DNA from: Macrostomum lignano | Lineage: Eukaryota | Length of the DNA: 64,000 nucleotides | Reading direction: 5' to 3' | Assembly (NCBI GenBank): GCA_002269645.1 | Contig: NIVC01000374.1 | Location: 434,001-498,000 of the forward strand | Shown: in pieces, positions 39,892 through 53,196 of the stretch | Numbering within the stretch: position 1 is the stretch's first letter | Layout: the number at the start of each line of letters is the position of its first letter | Translations under genes and position numbers: made by a program | The notes under the pieces: model-generated | What the model saw: the letters and a program-made list of their open reading frames with translations, nothing else | Told to the model about the DNA's origin: nothing | Database searches by the model: none

Positions 39892-40790
39892 TCAAGCGGG
39901 ATAGGAGTCAAATATGACGGGTCTTCTAGGAGGCGTCAGCACTGCGGAATCCTGCTGCATGAGCAGCGAGAACAGGCCTGTGCCCAGCCTGGTAGGCTTG
40001 CCCAGTATGATTGACTCGGACACGCCGGACAGATCGTCCGTCTGTCCGTGATAGGCCGCCTCAAACAGGTGATCGGCAGTCTGCTCAAAGCTGGCCAACA
40101 TGAGCACGGACTCCTTCAGCTTGGCAATACCGTGCCGCTGGTTGCCCAACACTTCGCCCTGCTGAGTCATCAGATCCGCCAGCAGGTTCACGTGCCGTGT
40201 GTCCACTTCGACACCGTGGCCGGCCATAACGTCTAGCATCTCGCGGACTAGCGTGGCCCTGGCCGACTCGATTCCCAGCACGCTGGCCATCTCCAAGACG
40301 CTGTTGGACTGGGTTCGACAGCCGTCAACTCCGGGGATGCAGAGCACCGGAGCCAGCTGGCTGCCTTCAACGAACAGAGTGTAATCCGAGTCGCGATTAT
40401 CCCGGTGGATGATGGCCCGAGTGACGCTGGACAGGCCGCGGACGATCACCGATTCCAGGTTGGCGCGCAAGTGCCGGATTGTGGACACGTCCTCCGGGTA
40501 CACTGCCAGCTGGTCTGCGCCTACAGGGCAGGGATGGCGCTGGTAGTTAGGGGGGAGCTGGCTGTCTGTCTGTCTGCCTGTCTGTGACTGTCTGTCTGTG
40601 TCTGCCTGCTTTTGTATCATTCTGTTTGTCTGTGTCTGTCTGTCTGTCTGTCTGCCTGTCTGTGTCTGCCTGCCTTAGTATCATTCTGTCTGTCTGTGTC
40701 TGTCTATTTGTCTGTCTTAGAGTCTGACTGTCTGCCTGTCTGTGACTGTCTGTCTGTGTCTGCCTGCCTTAGTATCATTCTGTTTGTCTG

Positions 40791-40823
<33 letters not shown>

Positions 40824-40880
40824 GCCTGTCTGTGACTGTCTGTCTGTGTCTGCCTGCCTTAGTATCATTCTGTTTGTCTG

Positions 40881-40914
<34 letters not shown>

Positions 40915-43900
40915 CCTTGAGGTGTTTATCTACCTATCTGTCTGGCAATTGAGTGTTTGTCTACCATGTGCGTCAATTTGTGTTGATGTTTGCTCCTTTC
41001 TACCTGTCCGTCTGTCCGTCTGTCTGTGCGTCTCTAAAAATGCTAGCAACTCTTTAATGAGGTACTCACCGATCATATCAACGCCTTTAATTTTATACCC
41101 GCCCAGCTTGGCGGACACAATAGCAGCTCCAATAGCTTTAGGCGTAGTTCGCAGCTTCAATATAGCCAATCGTTGCAAGTCCAGCTTCAATCTAATGCTA
41201 ACCTCGTCCGGTTCGATGCACTCGCTAATGCTCAGACAGATCTCGGACAGCCTGGTAGGCTCTATACAAGCTTTTATTCGTCTAGCTTGGCCCTCGTCTC
41301 TAGCAGCCTCGGGCGTCAATCTGGCCGTTATAATTGGAGTAGAAATCGCTCTAATGGCATTAATCAGCTCGCGAATTCGTGGCACACCCTGGGTAATGTT
41401 CATACTAGCCACGCCGGCAAAGTGAAACGTTTTCAACGTCATCTGGGTGGCCGGCTCGCCGATGCTCTGAGCGCACAGGGCGCCAACCGGGGTCCCGGGT
41501 TCGATTAGGGCGCGCCGGTGCTTGGCGCGGCACAAATCTACGTAGATCTGATGCCAAGGCTTTTTGGCGAGACGGCGACGCTTAGCGCAAGCCTCCATGC
41601 CGGCTTTGTAAGCGGCTGAGAGTGGAGACAGATTCCTACTGCTACTATTGAGCTCAGCTTCTGTCTGCTGATCTGGCAACAGGGGGCAGCTGATGCCAGC
41701 GCTACTCATTGCGGAGCCGCTGCTTGTCTTGGCCAGATGCAAAGTACGAGCCAGATCGGCAAGACGATCGAAATCGACTGGATGGCTGAAATGCGAGGAG
41801 TGAGTTGAAGGATGAATTAGGCAAATTAGTAGCACGTATTACTGTGTTGGGGAGTGGCCGTGCAAGCCGAGAGGGGCGCAGAGGCAGAGAAGTATAGGGG
41901 AGATGTGGAAGAGGAGAGAAAAGAGAGGAAGAGAGGGGAAAGGAGAAGGGGAGAGGGAGAAGGGAGAGGAGAAAAGAGGGGAGGGTAGAGGGGAGAGGTA
42001 GACAGAAAAAGGGGAGAGGAGAGAGAAGAGAGTGAGAGGGGAGAAGAGAAGAGAGAGAGAGGGGGGAGAGGAGAAGAGGGAGAGGGGAGAGAGGGGAGAG
42101 GAGAAGAGAGAGAGGGGAGAGAAGAGAGGGAGAGGGGAGAGAGGGGTGAAGAGAAGAGAGAGAGAGGGGAGAGGAGAAGAGAGGGAGAGGGGAAAGGAGA
42201 AGAGAGGGAGAGGGGAAAGGAGAAGAGAGGGAGAGGGGAGAGAGGAGAAGAGAGAGAGAGGGGAGAGGAGAAGAGAGGGAGAGGGGAAAGGAGAAGAGAG
42301 GGAGAGGGGAGAAGAGAAGAGAGAGAGAGGGGGGAGAGGAGAAGAGGGAGAGGGGAGAGAGGGGAGAGGAGAAGAGAGAGAGGGGGGAGAGGAGAAGAGA
42401 GGGAGAGGGGAGAGAGGGGTGAAGAGAAGAGAGAGAGAGGGGAGAGGAGAAGAGAGGGAGAGGGGAAAGGAGAAGAGAGGGAGAGGGGAAAGGAGAAGAG
42501 AGGGAGAGGGGAAAGGAGAAGAGAGGGAGAGGGGAGAGAGGAGAAGAGAGAGAGGGGAGAGGAGAAGAGAGGGAGAGGGGAAAGGAGAAGAGAGGGAGAG
42601 GGGATAGAGGGGAGATGAGAAGAGAGTGAGAGGGGTGTAGAGAAGAGAGAGAGAGGGGGGAGAGGAGAAGAGGGAGAGGGTAGAGGAGAAGGGAGGGAGA
42701 GGGGAGAGGAGAAGAGAGGGAGAGGGAGAGAGGGGAGAGGAGAAGAGAGAGAGGGGAGAGGAGAAGAGAGAGAGAGGGGAGAGGAGAAGAGGGAGAGAGG
42801 GGAGAGGAGAAGAGGGAGAGAGGGGAGAGGAGAAGAGAGGGAGAGGGGAGAAAAGAAGAGAGGGAGAGGGGAGAGAGAGGAGAGGAGAAGAGAGGGAGAG
42901 GGGTGAAAAGAAGAGAAGGAGAGGGGAGAGAGGGGTGAAGAGAAGAGAGTGAGAGGGGAGAAGAGAAGCGGAGGGGAGAAGAGAAGACATTGGAGAGATG
43001 ATAGAGAAAGAAGGAGCTACAAACAGTGTGAATAAAAGAGAGAATAAGACAGATGCAAAGACCAGAAATAGACATTAGAAGCCAGAAAGACAGACAAGCA
43101 AAGGCCAATAAATCTCCGAGATAATAATTAGCACACAGCCAATAAATGAGGCATAGCAACGCACTGCTCCGCCCACCTCTTGGCCTCCATCTCCATGGGG
43201 TCGAAGCCGTCGCCGCCGTAGGCAAACTGGACAACCTCGCCGCGGGCGCCGCGCACCGTGCCATCGTAGTGACAGCACAGATCTTCCAGCGCTTTCATCA
43301 GGCGGCGCTGCATGTAGCCAGTGTCGGCAGTTTTCACCGCCGTGTCAACCAGGCCCTCCCGGCCGCTCATAGTGTGAAAGAAGAACTCAGTAGGACTCAA
43401 ACCGCTAAAGAAGCTATTCTCAACGAAGCCTTTCGCTTGCGGCAGCAGACTGCGCCGAGGAAAATGCGGCAACGAGCGGCCTTCGAAACCGTCCGGGGTT
43501 CGCTTGCCGCTGATGATCTGCTGGCCAACGCAGGCCACCATCTGGCTGACGTTGAGAAATGAGCCCTTGCTGCCGCAGTGGGCCATCACTAGTGGCGCGC
43601 TGGCCGGGTGCAGGTCGCGGCGGCAGGCCTACCGAGAGTGGGGGGAGGGATCAAGAGAAGATGACGAAATTTAAAGCTAAGGAAATTAATTAGCGAAACT
43701 GCCTACTAAAAGTAATAAAATAAAACTGAACACAGACACATACAGACACCGTAGACACATACAGACACCGTAGACACATACAGACACTGTAGAGACACAT
43801 ACAGACACTGTAGAGACACATACAGACACTGTAGAGACACATACAGACACTGTAGAGACACATACAGACACTGTAGAGACACATACAGACACTGTAGAGA

Positions 43901-43981
43901 GACATACAGACACAATAAAGACACGAAGACCGACAAACGTAAGGACATGCAGAATGGGCTCAGAAAGACAAAACAAAGGAC

Positions 43982-44028
<47 letters not shown>

Positions 44029-47000
44029 GGCCAGCCGCCACTCACCTTGCCAGCCTCGTCGCGAATGTCAGACAGCTGTTTGCTCACGGCATTCTCAAGC
44101 GTCTGCTGGCCAGAGCAGCCGGGCTGAGTTGGCAGAGTGCCAGCCTCGTACTGGCGGATCAGCTCGCGGCAACGATCGAAGCCGAAGCGAACCAGGCCGG
44201 CCTTGGCTTCGAGCAGTCGTGGGCCGGGCGTGACGTCGCCAAGGCCGATGCTGAAGCCGCGATGCGACAAGTAGGCGGGGATCAGTCTGGTCAGCCTAGC
44301 CAGAACCGTGGCGCAGGCATCGCCGCCGAAATCGCGCAGCAGCAGGTAGACCAGATTCTCCTTGCTGCCCGAGCCGATGATTTTCTTGTCAACTCGACCG
44401 GCGAGCAGTTCGCCGGAGCGGACCAGCACGTAGCCGTCGTTGGTGCAGAATTCTTCGCCGTCAGTGTAGATGGCTTTGGTTTTGGTGGCCAGGTTTATCG
44501 GGTACGGGTGCAGAATGCAGGAGAATATCTGCTTGCCGGACCACAGCTCCACTGGCTTGCAGATGGCTGGCGAGTGAGGTAGGAGGTGGATTCTGAGTCT
44601 GCACTTTTCGTCAGCTGGCGGAAGTTGACCCAGCAACTGCATGAGGATCTGGGAGAGCGGCCATGGCCCAGCAACTGAGGATCTGGGTGGCTGGCTCAGC
44701 AACTGAGGATCTGGGTGGCTGGCTCAGCAACTGAGGATCTGGGGATCTAGCAATTGAGGATCTGGATGGCTGGCTCAGCAACTGAGGATCTGGATGGCTG
44801 GCTCAGCAACTGAGGATCTGGGTGGCTGGCTCAGCAACTGAGGATCTGGGTGGCTGGCTCAGCAACTGAGGATCTGGGTGGCTGGCTCAGCAACTGATGA
44901 TCTGGGTGGCTGGCTCAGCAACTGAGGATCTGGGTGGCTGGCTCAGCAACTGAGGATCTGGGTGGCTGGCTCAGCAACTGAGGATCTGGATGGCTGGCTC
45001 AGCAACTGAGGATCTGGGGATCTAGCAACTGAGGATCTGGATGGCTGGCTCAGCAACTGATGATCTGGGCGGCTGGCTCAGCAACTGATGATCTGGGCGG
45101 CTGGCTCAGCAACTGATGATCTGGGTGGCTGGCTCAGCAACTGATGATCTGGGCGGCTGGCTCAGCAACTGAGGATCTGGGAGGCTGGCCCAGCAACTGA
45201 GGATCTGGGAGGCTGGCCCAGCAACTGAGGATCTGGGAGGCTGGCACAGCAACTGAGGATCTGGGAGGCTGACTCAGCAACTGAGGATCTGAGAGGCTGT
45301 CACAGCAACTGAGGATCTGGGAGGCTGGCCCAGCAACTGATGGTGCGTACCTGGCGGAGGCAGCCTAACAGACAGGTGCTTTTCCTGAGGCGGCCGGCTT
45401 TGAACAAGCAGCTGAGCAGCCCGGTCCCTGTTGAAGAACACATCCTTGCAGGTGATTAGGTAGGCTCCGGTGATGAAGTCCTGAATAGCGGCAATCAGCG
45501 GCTCTCCATTCCGAGGTGTGCTCATATTCTTAACTGAGGCCATGAGCTGCTTGGCCTCGGCGCGAGCCTCCTCAGTCTGCGGCACGTGCAAATTCATCTC
45601 GTCGCCGTCGAAATCGGCATTAAAAGGAGTGCAACAGCACTCGTTGAAGCGCAGGGTTCGGTAGGGCTTCACAGAGACTCTGAAGGCCTGGAGGTTATTT
45701 GGTAGAATGGGTGATTCTGTACGGGATTTTGAGGTAATTTAATGGCAATTCTCAATTCCAAGTTAATGCGCTGTGAGAGGGATTTCTTTGAGGGTTGTGA
45801 GGGCGATTCTGTAAGGATTGTGAGGGCGATTCTGTAAGGGTTGTGAGGGCAATTACTTAAGGATTGTGAGGGCGATTCTGTAAGGATTGTGAGGGCGATT
45901 CTGTAAGGATTGTGAGGGCGATTCTGTAAGGGTTGTGAGGGCAATTACTTAAGGATTGTGAGGGCGATTCTGTAAGGGTTGTGAGGGAGATTCTGTAAGG
46001 GTTGTGAGGGCGATTCTGTAAGGGTTGTTAGGGCGATTCTGTAAGGGTTGTGAGGGCGATTCTGTAAGGGTTGTGAGGGCGATTCCCTAAGGGTTGTGAG
46101 GGCGATTCCTTAAGGGTTTTGAGGGCGATTCTGAAAGGGTTGTGAGGGCGATTCTGTAAGGGTTGTGAGGGCGATTCTGTAAGGGTTGTGAGGGCGATTC
46201 CCTAAGGGTTTTGAGGGCGATTAGTCAGTTTAGAGTGATTCCTAAGCGCAGCACAGAAGAGGAGAGGAGGCCACCTAGCCCCAGCGCAATGACCCTCACC
46301 TGGATGCTGACTCGATGTAGCGATGGCTGCCTATTAAACAGCACTGTGTCCTCATCCATGAGATGCCTTTCAACTGTGTCACCGCAGCGTAGTTCGTTAG
46401 CAATTTTTGAGCGAAATTTCTCGTTCGAAAATTCCAGCATTCGTTTGGGAAATCGACCGTCGTGAGCTTCGACGTAGAGAGCGCCAGGGTGCTGGTGGGC
46501 ACCGTTGCGGATCAGTCGGCGAAGCTGTTCGATGTTGAAGCTGGTCACCCGGCTGGGGTAGGTCAGCTTTCTGGCCATGAACTCTGGGACACCGACCTGT
46601 TAATTAGGAAATTGGGATGTGCTTGATAGCTTAATTGGAAACCTCTGCTGCTCATAGGATGAGTCCAGTGTGCTCAGATGGCAGTTCTTAGATGTGTGCT
46701 CAGAGGGCAGTTCTTAGATGTGTGCTCAGATTGCAATTCTTAGATGTGTGCTCAGAGGGCAGTTCTTAGATGTGTGCTCAGATTGCAATTCTTAGATGTG
46801 TGCTCAGAGGGCAGTTCTTTGATGTGTGCTCAGATTGCAATTCTTAGATTTGTGCTCAGATTGCAGTTCTTAGATGTGTGCTCAGATTGCAATTCTTAGA
46901 TGTGTGCTCAGATTGCAATTCTTAGATGTGTGCTCAGATTGCAATTCTTAGATGTGTGCTCAGATTGCAATTCTTAGATGTGTGCTCAGATTGCAATTCT

Positions 47001-50000
47001 TAGATGTGTGCTCAGATTGCAATTCTTAGATGTGTGCTCAGATTGCAGTTCTTAGATGTGTGCTCAGATTGCAATTCTTAGATGTGTGCTCAGATTGCAA
47101 TTCTTAGATGTGTGCTCAGATTGCAATTCTTAGATGTGTGCTCAGATTGCAATTCTTAGATGTGTGCTCAGATTGCAATTCTTAGATGTGTGCTCAGATT
47201 GCAATTCTTAGATGTGTGCTCAGATTGCAATTCTTAGATGTGTGCTCAGATTGCAATTCTTAGATGTGTGCTCAGATTGCAATTCTTAGATGTGTGCTCA
47301 GATTGCAATTCTTAGATGTGTGCTCAGATTGCAATTCTTAGATGTGTGCTCAGATTGCAATTCTTAGATGTGTGCTCAGATTGCAATTCTTAGATGTGTG
47401 CTCAGATTGCAATTCTTAGATGTGTGCTCAGATTGCAATTCTTAGATGTGTGCTCAGATTGCAATTCTTAGATGTGTGCTCAGATTGCAATTCTTAGATG
47501 TGTGCTCAGATTGCAATTCTTAGATGTGTGCTCAGATTGCAATTCTTAGATGTGTGCTCAGATTGCAATTCTTAGATGTGTGCTCAGATTGCAATTCTTA
47601 GATGTGTGCTCAGATTGCAATTCTTAGATGTGTGCTCAGATTGCAATTCTTAGATGTGTGCTCAGAGGGCAGTTCTTAGATGTGTGCTCAGATTGCAATT
47701 CTTAGATGTGTGCTCAGATTGCAATTCTTAGATGTGTGCTCAGATTGCAATTCTTAGATGTGTGCTCAGAGGGCAGTTCTTAGATTTGTGCTCAGATTGC
47801 AATTCTTAGATGTGTGCTCAGATTGCAGTTCTTAGATGTGTGCTCAGATTGCAATTCTTAGATTTGTGCTCAGATTGCAATTCTTAGATGTGTGCTCAGA
47901 TTGCAATTCTTATATGTGTGCTCAGATTGCAATTCTTAGATGTGTGCTCAGAGGGCAGTTCTTAGATTTGTGCTCAGATTGCAATTCTTAGATGTGTGCT
48001 CAGATTGCAGTTCTTAGATGTGTGCTCAGATTGCAGTTCTTAGATGTGTGCTCAGATTGCAATTCTTAGATGTGTGCTCAGATTGCAGTTCTTAGATGTG
48101 TGCTCAGAGGGAAGTTCTTTGATGTGCTCAGATGGCAGTTCTTAGATGTGTGCTCAGATGACGATTCTTTAAATGTCCTCAGAGGGCACTTAAAATGGAG
48201 TGCTTAGAAAGGCGGTATAGTTTAATTTTTAAACAAAGATTGGATAGAGTGCTTTAGAAGGAGTGCTTAGTCGGGATATTCTCAGAATACTTAGTATCTA
48301 AGCTCCCGGGGCAATATGCCTGAATATACAGATTGTCTATAAAAAAATAGACAAGCGCACCCACCTGGTCGATACGCAGATTAGGATCTGGGCTGATAAC
48401 GGTTCTAGCAGTGAAATTGGCTCGCTTGCCAGACAGATGACCACGGAATCGGCCCTGCTTGCCTTTCAGGCGTTGTATATAGCCGCGTACAAATGATCTG
48501 CTGCCTAATAGCTGAGTAGGTATGCCGCTATTCTCCGAGTTGATCATCTGAGCAGTCACGTAGGTTAGAATGTCCCAGGCCTGTTGCAGAGCCACCATGT
48601 CGCGATTTGATGCGGCCTGCTTGTTAAGCACGTCCCGATTTAAGAAGGCGATGTCGCTCAGTTTTGCGGTGATGTCGTCTTCTGTGGTGCCGGCTCTCAC
48701 CTGGTTTATTGGGCAGGTGGTGGGGCGATTCTTCATCGCATGGAATGGCGATTCTTCATTATATGGGAGGGCGATTCTTTATGGGATGGAATGGCGATTC
48801 TTCATGGTATGGAAGGGCGATTCTTTATGGGAAGGAAAAGGCAGTTTATGGTATGGAAGGGCGATTCTTCATGGCATGGAAGGGCGATTCTTTATGGTAT
48901 GGAAAGGCGATTCTTTATGGTATGGAAAGGCGTTTCTTCATGGCATGGAAGGGCGATTCTTTATGGTATGGAAAGGCGATTCTTTATGGTATGGAAGGGC
49001 GATTCTTCATGGCATGGAAGGGCGATTCTTCATTATATAGGAGGGCGATTCTTCATGGCATGGAAGGGCGATTCTTCATGGCATGGAAGGGCGATTCTTC
49101 ATGGCATGGAAGGGCGATTCTTTATGGGATGGGAGATTGTTCATGGGATGGAAGGGCGATTCTTCATGAAATGGAAGGGCGATTCTTTATGGGATGGGAG
49201 ATTGTTCATGGGATGGAAGGGCGATTCTTCATGGCATGGAAGGGCGATTCTTTATGGCATGGAAGGGCGATTCTTTATGGGATGGAAGGGCGATTCTTTA
49301 TGGGATGGGAGATTGTTCATGGGATGGAAGGGCGATTCTTCATGAGATGGAAGGGCGATTCTTTATGGTATTGGAGATTGTTCATGGCATGGAAGGGCGA
49401 TTCTTTATGGTATGGGAGGGCGATTATTTATGGGATGGAAGGGCGATTCTTCATGGCATGGAAGGGCGATTCTTCATGGGATGGGAGATTGTTCATGGCA
49501 TGGAAGGGCGATTTTTCATGGCATGAAGGGCGATTCTTCATGGGATGGGAGATTGTTTATGGTGAGGAAGGGCGATTCTTCATGAGATGGAAGGGCGATT
49601 CTTCATGAGATGGAAGGGCGATTATTTATGGGATGGGAGATTGTTCATGGGATTGATCAGTTAAGTAAGTCTATATTATAATTTATTCCAGCTAAGTGTC
49701 GTGTACCCTGCCAGAAATGTTTACCTCGGACACTACCGACGGCCGTAAAGCATTAGGCGGCACTGGCACTCTAGTCAGGATCAGGTCGCGGGGATGGGCC
49801 CGATCGCTATGCATACACAGCAGCGGTATGTCTTCCAATGGAATAGCATTAAGCAGCTGCAACACCTGCAGAGCGCGCAAAGGTTCAATACCTTTGTCAA
49901 CTAGCGGCTTGAGCTCTGGCATCTTCTCAATCATATAGGCGAACTGTTCGGCGTGTTTAGCCAAAGCGTCGCCTTTAGAGAATCGGAATTTGTCGTGCAA

Positions 50001-50516
50001 AACGTAAGCTAATCCGCCTTTCTTTACAAATCCATTGACAGCGTTGCAGTGCGGACAATTGTGCACAGATTTAGCTAAGCTGTGTATCTTTTTACGCAGA
50101 GCTTTCTTAGCCAGGTAAGACAGATTCGGCCGGCGCAATACGTTCAAGTACTGATGGCGTTTTTCGCCAGATAGCAACACCCGAGAGCAAGATTTGCAGA
50201 TGCTCTGCAATATTTTCACAATGTGATTTAGGTAGCCGCAGTGGAACACCGGCAAGGCCAGGTCAACGTAACCGAAATGACCCATGCAGTCGTGAAAAGA
50301 GTCGCCGCATACGGCGCAGGATTCATTTTTTCGACAGGTGCCAAGACGGGGATCAAGGACGCCGCCGTCTGCCGGCTTGCGGTTCTCTAAATTGTACATG
50401 TCTTTAGTCGTGACGCGCATGTGACTTGCAGCGCGTATCTCGTCGGCGCTGAGCACAGTGAAAGTCACGTGACTGACCTTTTTTGTCACGTTCTGATTGT
50501 AGAATTGCTCTTTCAT
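39892..50516 (-). CDS. POLR3A: DNA-directed RNA polymerase III largest subunit RPC1; 8 exons
   Basis: Exons 50516-49725, 48700-48365, 46596-46300, 45687-45351, 44566-44046, 43628-43177, 41785-41070, 40520-39892; 4080 nt, about 1359 aa. It starts MKEQF (Pol III type) and has no CTD heptads. Motifs: [41 protein letters not shown] active site, [59 protein letters not shown]. Confidence 0.97.
40560..40915. repeat. GTCT-based compound repeat with a higher-order unit
   Basis: RPC1 intron 7. Confidence 0.9.
41890..43000. repeat. Polypurine (GA/GGGGA) minisatellite
   Basis: RPC1 intron 6; source of the Leu/Ser/Pro pseudo-ORFs. Confidence 0.95.
43730..44030. repeat. 21-bp CACATACAGACACTGTAGAGA repeat plus (GACA)n
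   Basis: RPC1 intron 5. Confidence 0.9.
44630..45340. repeat. 27-bp minisatellite CAGCAACTGAGGATCTGGG(T/A)GGCTGGC (family locus 2)
   Basis: About 26 copies filling RPC1 intron 4. Confidence 0.95.
45780..46222. repeat. 23-bp minisatellite GGGCGATTCTGTAAGGGTTGTGA
   Basis: About 19 copies in RPC1 intron 3. Confidence 0.94.
46670..48170. repeat. 26-bp homogeneous minisatellite TTCTTAGATGTGTGCTCAGATTGCAA
   Basis: About 57 copies in RPC1 intron 2. Confidence 0.97.
48722..49650. repeat. 23-bp minisatellite GGGCGATTCTTCATGGCATGGAA
   Basis: About 40 copies filling RPC1 intron 1. Confidence 0.95.
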
Positions 50517-50699
50517 TTTTCTTCAGCAGTCGTTGAATTAATAAACGGTTTTTAACACTACAAAACTAATCAAGAGGCATACTAATGACTGAATGCGAAG
50601 ACGGTGCTGTCTGAAAAAGGTAAAATCGCAAATAGTGCTAATAGTTAGGTCAGTTAAATCCAACTTACCTCCTAGTAAGTAAGAATAGATAAGAGGAAA

Positions 50700-51620
50700 G
50701 GAGAGAATAGAGATGAGAGAGAGAGAAGACGAGAGAGAATAGAGATGAGAGAGAGAAGACGAGAGAGAATAGAGATGAGAGAGAGAGAAGACGAGAGAGA
50801 ATAGAGATGAGAGTGAGAAGACGGGAGAGAATAGAGATGAGAGAGAGAGAAGACGAGAGAGAATAGAGATGAGAGTGAGAAGACGGGAGAGAATAGAGAT
50901 GAGAGAGAGAAGACGGGAGAGAATAGAGATGAGAGAGAGAAGACGGGAGAGAATAGAGATGAGAGAGAGAAGACGGGAGAGAATAGAGATGAGAGTGAGA
51001 AGACGGGAGAGAATAGAGATGAGAGAGAGAAGACGGGAGAGAATAGATATGAGAGTGAGAAGACGGGAGAGAATAGAGATGAGAGTGAGAAGACGGGAGA
51101 AAATAGAGATGAGAGAGAGAAGACGGGAGAGAATAGAGATGAGAGTGAGAAGACGAGAGAGAATAGAGATGAGAGAGAGAAGACGGGAGAGAATAGAGAT
51201 GAGAGTGAGAAGACGGGAGAGAATAGAGATGAGAGTGAGAAGACGGGAGAGAATAGAGATTAGAGAGAGAAGACGAGAGAGAATAGAGATGAGAGAGAGA
51301 AGACGTGAGAGAATAGAGATGAGAGTGAGAAGACGGGAGAGAATAGAGATGAGAGTGAGAAGACGAGAGAGAATAGAGATTAGAGAGAGAAGACGAGAGA
51401 GAATAGAGATGAGAGTGAGAAGACGAGAGAGAATAGAGATTAGAGAGAGAAGACGAGAGAGAATAGAGATGAGAGAGAGAAGACGTGAGAGAATAGAGAT
51501 GAGAGTGAGAAGACGGGAGAGAATAGAGATGAGAGTGAGAAGACGGGAGAGAATAGAGATGAGAGAGAGAAGACGGGAGAGAATAGAGATTAGAGAGAGA
51601 AGACGGGAGAGAATAGAGCG
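50700..51620. repeat. 30-bp purine-rich minisatellite GAGAGAATAGAGATGAGAGTGAGAAGACGG
   Basis: About 30 copies upstream of the RPC1 ATG. Confidence 0.96.
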
Positions 51621-52367
51621 GAGAAGGTGGAGAAAATGGAAGACAGAGACGAGAAGCGAAAATAGAAAATGAGAGGATAGAATAGAGAATAATGTCTAAA
51701 AGCTATGAAATATCTCTAAACTATTCAACCTGTGTACAAAGAAATAAATAGATTAAAACAATTTGGTATAAATAATTTTTTGGTTATTTTAAAAGTACGC
51801 ATTTTACAACTGATAGCGCTACAATTGTACCTATACAAAATTTCAATGATAAAGTTATAACCTAAAATGTAGAAATGATTCCACTATAAAAAGTGATTTG
51901 GCTAGCTAAATTAACACAGTAGAGAGAAGTTTAAGATCGGAACCTGCCGAACAAAAAATACACCTTAGTTTTAAAGCAATTAGTCTTTGTTCGAATGTAC
52001 ATTATACACAAAAACGTGCATAGCAATAAAGTTAGTTTTAATACGATTTACGAAAATCATTTTTTGATAAAGATATATTTTAGCCGCTTCTTCCTCTGGA
52101 AAAGGAACAAAAGAAGAAATTATGGAATGTTCGGACGGAAAATTGCAGTAAAGTGAATCGAAACGGTGACCAATATGCAGGCTCTTAAGAGTAAAGTCCG
52201 CATTTTTGTCTAATTGAAAGCTGCTTGTTAGGCAGCAAAGACGTCAAAATAGACCTGCATTTGACCTGAGCAACAACTGGCTGCTGAAGAATATACTTGT
52301 TAGAGTCGCAGTTCTGTAAAACTGTGTTTAAATGAACTTATTTGTTAAACACCTCGGAAAAAAAGAT

Positions 52368-53125
52368 TTCTGGGAGGCTGGCCCAGCAACTGAGGATCTG
52401 GGAGGCTGGGAGGCTGGCCCAGCAACTGAGGATCTGGGAGGCTGGCACAGCAACTGACACTCTGGGAGGCTGGCCCTGCAACTGAGGATCTGGGAGGCTG
52501 GCCCAGCAACTAAGGATCTTGGAGGCTGGCCCAGCAACTAAGGATCTGGGAGGCTGGCCCAGCAACTGAGGATCTGGGAGGCTGGATCAGCAACTGAGGA
52601 TCTGGGAAGCTGGCCCAGCAACTAAGGATCTGGGAGGCTGGCCCAGCAACTGAGGATCTGGGAAGCTGGCCCAGCAACTGAGGATCTGGGAGGCTGGGAG
52701 GCTGGCCCAGCAACTGAGGATCTGGGAGGCTGGCCCAGCAACTGAGGATCTGGGAGGCTGGCCCAGCAACTGAGGATCTGGGAGGCTGGCCCAGCAACTG
52801 ACACTCTGGGAGGCTGGCCCTGCAACTGAGGATCTGGGAGGCTGGCCCTGCAACTGAGGATCTGGGAGGCTGGATCAGCAACTGAGGATCTGGGAAGCTG
52901 GCCCAGCAACTAAGGATCTGGGAGGCTGGCACAGCAACTGAGGATCTGGGAGGCTGGCCCAGCAACTAAGGATCTGGGAGGCTGGCACAGCAACTGAGGA
53001 TCTGGGAGGCTGGCCCAGCAACTAAGGATCTGGGAGGCTGGCCTTGCAACTAAGGATCTGGGAGGCTGGCTCAGCAACTGAGGATCTGGGAAGCTGGCTC
53101 AGCAACTGAGGATCTGTGTGGCTGG
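52368..53125. repeat. 27-bp minisatellite CAGCAACTGAGGATCTGGGAGGCTGGC (family locus 3)
   Basis: About 28 copies just downstream of the SCLT1 stop. Confidence 0.95.
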
Positions 53126-53196
53126 CCAGCATATACAGTTTAAAGTTAGATCTTTAAGCCAAATACAGAACTAAAGTTAATACCGTCGCAGCCATA

